NCBI GenBank assembly: GCA_034530875.2
Contig: JAVRCJ020000030.1
Span: 1-64,000 of the forward strand
Source: Nostoc sp. DedSLP01
GTDB taxonomy: Bacteria > Cyanobacteriota > Cyanobacteriia > Cyanobacteriales > Nostocaceae
Length of the DNA: 64,000 bases
Direction: 5' to 3'
Both the position numbers and the translations under genes were made by a program. The notes below the pieces were generated by a model. The model was not told where the DNA came from, ran no database searches, and worked only from the letters and a program-made list of their open reading frames with translations. Positions 60,979 through 64,000 of this stretch are shown here, one piece after another (the stretch's first letter is position 1; each line of letters opens with the position of its first letter).

Positions 60979-61179
60979 ATTTTTACTTTCTCTGCACTTC
61001 AGCCTAAATTCTGGGAGTTTGGCTGTTATTTGTTTTGGAAATTGGTATTAATACTTTCTTATTTCTCAATCAGTTGACTATATCTTTCCTGAAAAATTGA
61101 TATTTTAGTATTTCACGTATTTCTTCAAACAAACATGGAAAATTAACAGCAGAACATTATGGCAAGTCAGATTCTAGTA

Positions 61180-62202
61180 CTAAAAAGAGAACGCCAACTT
61201 TTCTCCTAGAAACTTACCTACTAACTCCATGTCACCAGTTTTTACCTCTACCCTAAACAGGACATTGCTTTTTCTACTACTGTCAGCAGCTAGTGCGTAC
61301 AATTGACCAGAGGAAGAGAAAGCCAAGTCTTTAACATCATCAATCAAATGGCGTCCTTGATATTTCAAGGCGTTCAGCCTTTTAATTTTGACCTTGCCCG
61401 TAATTATAGCTTTTTCCTGCAAGTTCATCGCGATTAAAATGGGAACACCGTCGGGGCCAGTCTCAGTTGCGAAAATATTTCCTTTAAGATCTTGGCATAG
61501 GTTAGCAAATCGATGATTGAGTGGCAGTGAGGGTAAAGCTAGTTCATTTCCAGGAAGAATTTTACCTGTTGTGTAATCTAACGTTGTCATGGTAAACGGT
61601 GGAATCCCATCAGTTCCTACCAGACACAGAAGTTTATTATTAGGAAGGTTGAGCAAACTTTCAACAGTCTGATTAGATTTTTTAAAGTCTAAAACTTTTT
61701 TCGCTCTGATTTTAATGTTATTACTATTACCACTTCCAACAACAGAAACAAGATGGTTGAAATAACCTTTGTTGGTGTGAGAGACTGTAGAAATTACAAC
61801 AGTCTTATCTGCAAGTACTATCCCTTTCGTAATGCGATCGGACTCAGGTAAGAAGAAAGCGCGAGGTTGTTTAGGTACAGACAATGGATTGTCAACAGAC
61901 ACAACTGGCAGATTCACCTTAGAAAGAATCTTCACATCTGGTAGATTCACCTTCAAATCTAGCAGATTAGCTTTAGGCAAAACCTTTAGCGTCGCTACAT
62001 CGATAGTATTTAACTCTATTGGCGGAGTTTGATTTTCTCGGTTGCGAGAGTTAGACGAGCTAGAAAGATTTAGTGCGTAAAGAATATCTTTGCTCGACTC
62101 ACTTGACTGAGCAAGTACCTTACTCGAAATGTCGGCAACAACAGTAGAAGTAAAACTGGCTGCTACGAGCTTGCCAAATTGACGGCGTTGTAGTGGTGTC
62201 AT
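61180..62202 (-). CDS. Tat-exported hypothetical protein (beta-rich, possibly a propeller)
   Basis: QRRQFG twin-arginine motif and VLA-Q cleavage-like site; DLAFSSSGQLYAL blade-like motif. Confidence 0.75.
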   Translation of the reverse strand: MTPLQRRQFGKLVAASFTSTVVADISSKVLAQSSESSKDILYALNLSSSSNSRNRENQTPPIELNTIDVATLKVLPKANLLDLKVNLPDVKILSKVNLPVVSVDNPLSVPKQPRAFFLPESDRITKGIVLADKTVVISTVSHTNKGYFNHLVSVVGSGNSNNIKIRAKKVLDFKKSNQTVESLLNLPNNKLLCLVGTDGIPPFTMTTLDYTTGKILPGNELALPSLPLNHRFANLCQDLKGNIFATETGPDGVPILIAMNLQEKAIITGKVKIKRLNALKYQGRHLIDDVKDLAFSSSGQLYALAADSSRKSNVLFRVEVKTGDMELVGKFLGEKLAFSF

Positions 62203-62225
62203 TCTTGTACTCCTGGTGGAATGTT

Positions 62226-64000
62226 TTAAGGAACAATCAGGTTTGCGCTTGGTGCTTGGGGTCTAGCTCCCATATCTGCTAAGATATTGGTAGTTATTTG
62301 CTTGACGCGATTATCTTCCCGAGCTGGGCTGACACCATCACTATCTAATCCCCATGCCCATTGAATAGTCCCAGAAGCAAAGACTTTAGCTCCACTAGCG
62401 GCGGTGTAGCGGGCTGAGTGGGATATAGTGAAATTCTGGTTAGCAGGGAGGGCTTCTTCTCCAGGCGGTTCGTCAAAGTTTGGCAATAAAGCAGCAGGCT
62501 GGACTGGTGATTGCGATAAAGTGACAAGACCCGGAGGAGTAGAGCCGTTATTAACGATAAAATCCCATTCATAACCTACTAACAAACTCAGCTGATTCCC
62601 ATTCTGGAGTCCTGTGTTCGCATAGTACGGATCGCTACTATTGCTGACAACAAAATTAAAACCACCGTAGATATCTAAGTCACTACCGTACATGACTCCT
62701 AACAAAGCGTTTTCTGGCCGCTGGTTCTGGACGCTGCGAAATTTATTAGTGGCTGCCAAGGGGCCTTGTTGTTGGGCGACTGGATCTAATGTCCAATCTT
62801 GTTTGTAACAGGCCATCACTCGGTTGGGCTTCAGTTGCCCAGCAGCAATAGTAGAACTTTCAAATCTCACACGCCAATAGCAAGTATTGGCAGAGAAAAA
62901 CCCTAAATTAATGCCGCTATTACGAGCAACCTCGACGGCATCGCGCATTTCTTTAGACCAGTACTCATCGTGGCCAACAGACAAGAATACTTTGTGACTG
63001 AGCAATCTTTGACCATTGGTATGAACCTGCATATTATCCGTATAGGTCACATCGTAACCTAGAGATTCCAACCAACGCACCATATTGTATTCCCATCGCA
63101 GAGGTGTATCGGCCTCGTAGGACTCTTGATAAGTTGCTTGGGAGAAGGGCCGATCGTAAGAAACCTTGTAAGCTCTTTGCCCGCCAATGCTGTTAAAGCT
63201 GTATAAGCTGTAACCCCCCATTGTGCTGTAGGCTAAGACACAAGAAACGGCGCTCTGGAATAAAATATCAGCTGTGCTGCTATCATCGCGGACAACAAAC
63301 CACACGTGCGCTATTTTGCTACTTGCTTGGTCAGTCAGCTTAGCAACGTAAATACCGCTAGTCCAATTATTCCCTACCTGCAATACGTAGGAAGTTGTCC
63401 AGTTACATTCGACTAACCGGGTATCAGGATCTATAGTACAAGCGGCTTGAGTCGTACCATTGAGCAGGCCACTGCTCTTCATCAGCCTGCCGCCCTTGCC
63501 CCCATAATAGCCCAAGCGGTAGACGTCGATGCTAAACTGTCCGGGTTGTGCCAGAGAAACCTTAATGTCCAGAGATCCTCCTTTGTTGACACTGGTTGCG
63601 GAGGCATAACCAGCAATTTCTCCACTACCTCGGTTGACAAGCTTCCAGTCAGTTGTGCCAGGATTTTGATTTTCTAAATAGATGGGATTGGGGTTGGCCG
63701 GAATTGCTGAAGCCGAGAAAGTAACACTGCCGATGCCTTCTGCTGTCGCTGTTACTACTACCCCTCCAGGGGCGGTAGGAACGGCCCCTAGTATTAAACT
63801 TGTACTTGCTTGACCGCTAGCATTAGTTACTACACTGGCAGACGAAAATGAACCCCCACCGCTAGTAACAGCAAAGTTCACTGTTACCCCTGGCTGAGGA
63901 CTATTTTGAGCGTCTATGACTTGCACGACTAACGGATTGGGTAGAGGCGATCCCGTCGCACCAATCTGATTGTCTCCACTAAATTTAAGCAAGGCACTTC
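62226..64000 (-). CDS. Ig-like (Big_1) + N,N-dimethylformamidase large-subunit-like domain protein, 5'-truncated by the window edge
   Basis: GDNQ...PLVVQV...GVTVNF...TNASGQA; ENQNPGT, RLGYYGG, VSYDRP, SVGHDEYWS, LVGYEWD, VFASGTIQW. The frame is open to the window end. Confidence 0.8.
   Translation of the reverse strand, partial: SALLKFSGDNQIGATGSPLPNPLVVQVIDAQNSPQPGVTVNFAVTSGGGSFSSASVVTNASGQASTSLILGAVPTAPGGVVVTATAEGIGSVTFSASAIPANPNPIYLENQNPGTTDWKLVNRGSGEIAGYASATSVNKGGSLDIKVSLAQPGQFSIDVYRLGYYGGKGGRLMKSSGLLNGTTQAACTIDPDTRLVECNWTTSYVLQVGNNWTSGIYVAKLTDQASSKIAHVWFVVRDDSSTADILFQSAVSCVLAYSTMGGYSLYSFNSIGGQRAYKVSYDRPFSQATYQESYEADTPLRWEYNMVRWLESLGYDVTYTDNMQVHTNGQRLLSHKVFLSVGHDEYWSKEMRDAVEVARNSGINLGFFSANTCYWRVRFESSTIAAGQLKPNRVMACYKQDWTLDPVAQQQGPLAATNKFRSVQNQRPENALLGVMYGSDLDIYGGFNFVVSNSSDPYYANTGLQNGNQLSLLVGYEWDFIVNNGSTPPGLVTLSQSPVQPAALLPNFDEPPGEEALPANQNFTISHSARYTAASGAKVFASGTIQWAWGLDSDGVSPAREDNRVKQITTNILADMGARPQAPSANLIVP

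Overview
This window comes from a filamentous, probably heterocyst-forming cyanobacterium (Nostocales-like). The evidence is abundant HIP1 octamers (GCGATCGC), STRR heptamer/octamer tandem repeats, small palindromic dispersed repeats and cruF/cruG. 1-4.4 kb: a three-gene TPR-CHAT protease / small protein / 2-TM membrane protein operon, a candidate protease-triggered conflict system. 4.4-32 kb: mostly housekeeping genes (rnhA, cruG-cruF, MlaE permease, SpoIID/LytB, hemD, a 2Fe-2S ferredoxin, SMR, gatD-murT, tRNA-Ser(CGA), RibD-like reductase, ubiA, ppx, EamA, a PG-binding/HEAT protein, DUF2141, two tandem PAS histidine kinases). This stretch also holds an orphan double-glycine-leader peptide, an uncalled 34-aa membrane peptide and a candidate sRNA. 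32.5-64 kb: a minus-strand surface-polysaccharide cluster with about 14 glycosyltransferase-like genes, a Wzy-like polymerase and many tailoring enzymes; it continues past the window edge. No CRISPR array, integrase, transposase or reverse transcriptase was seen. All family assignments come from motif recognition by eye, not from database searches.
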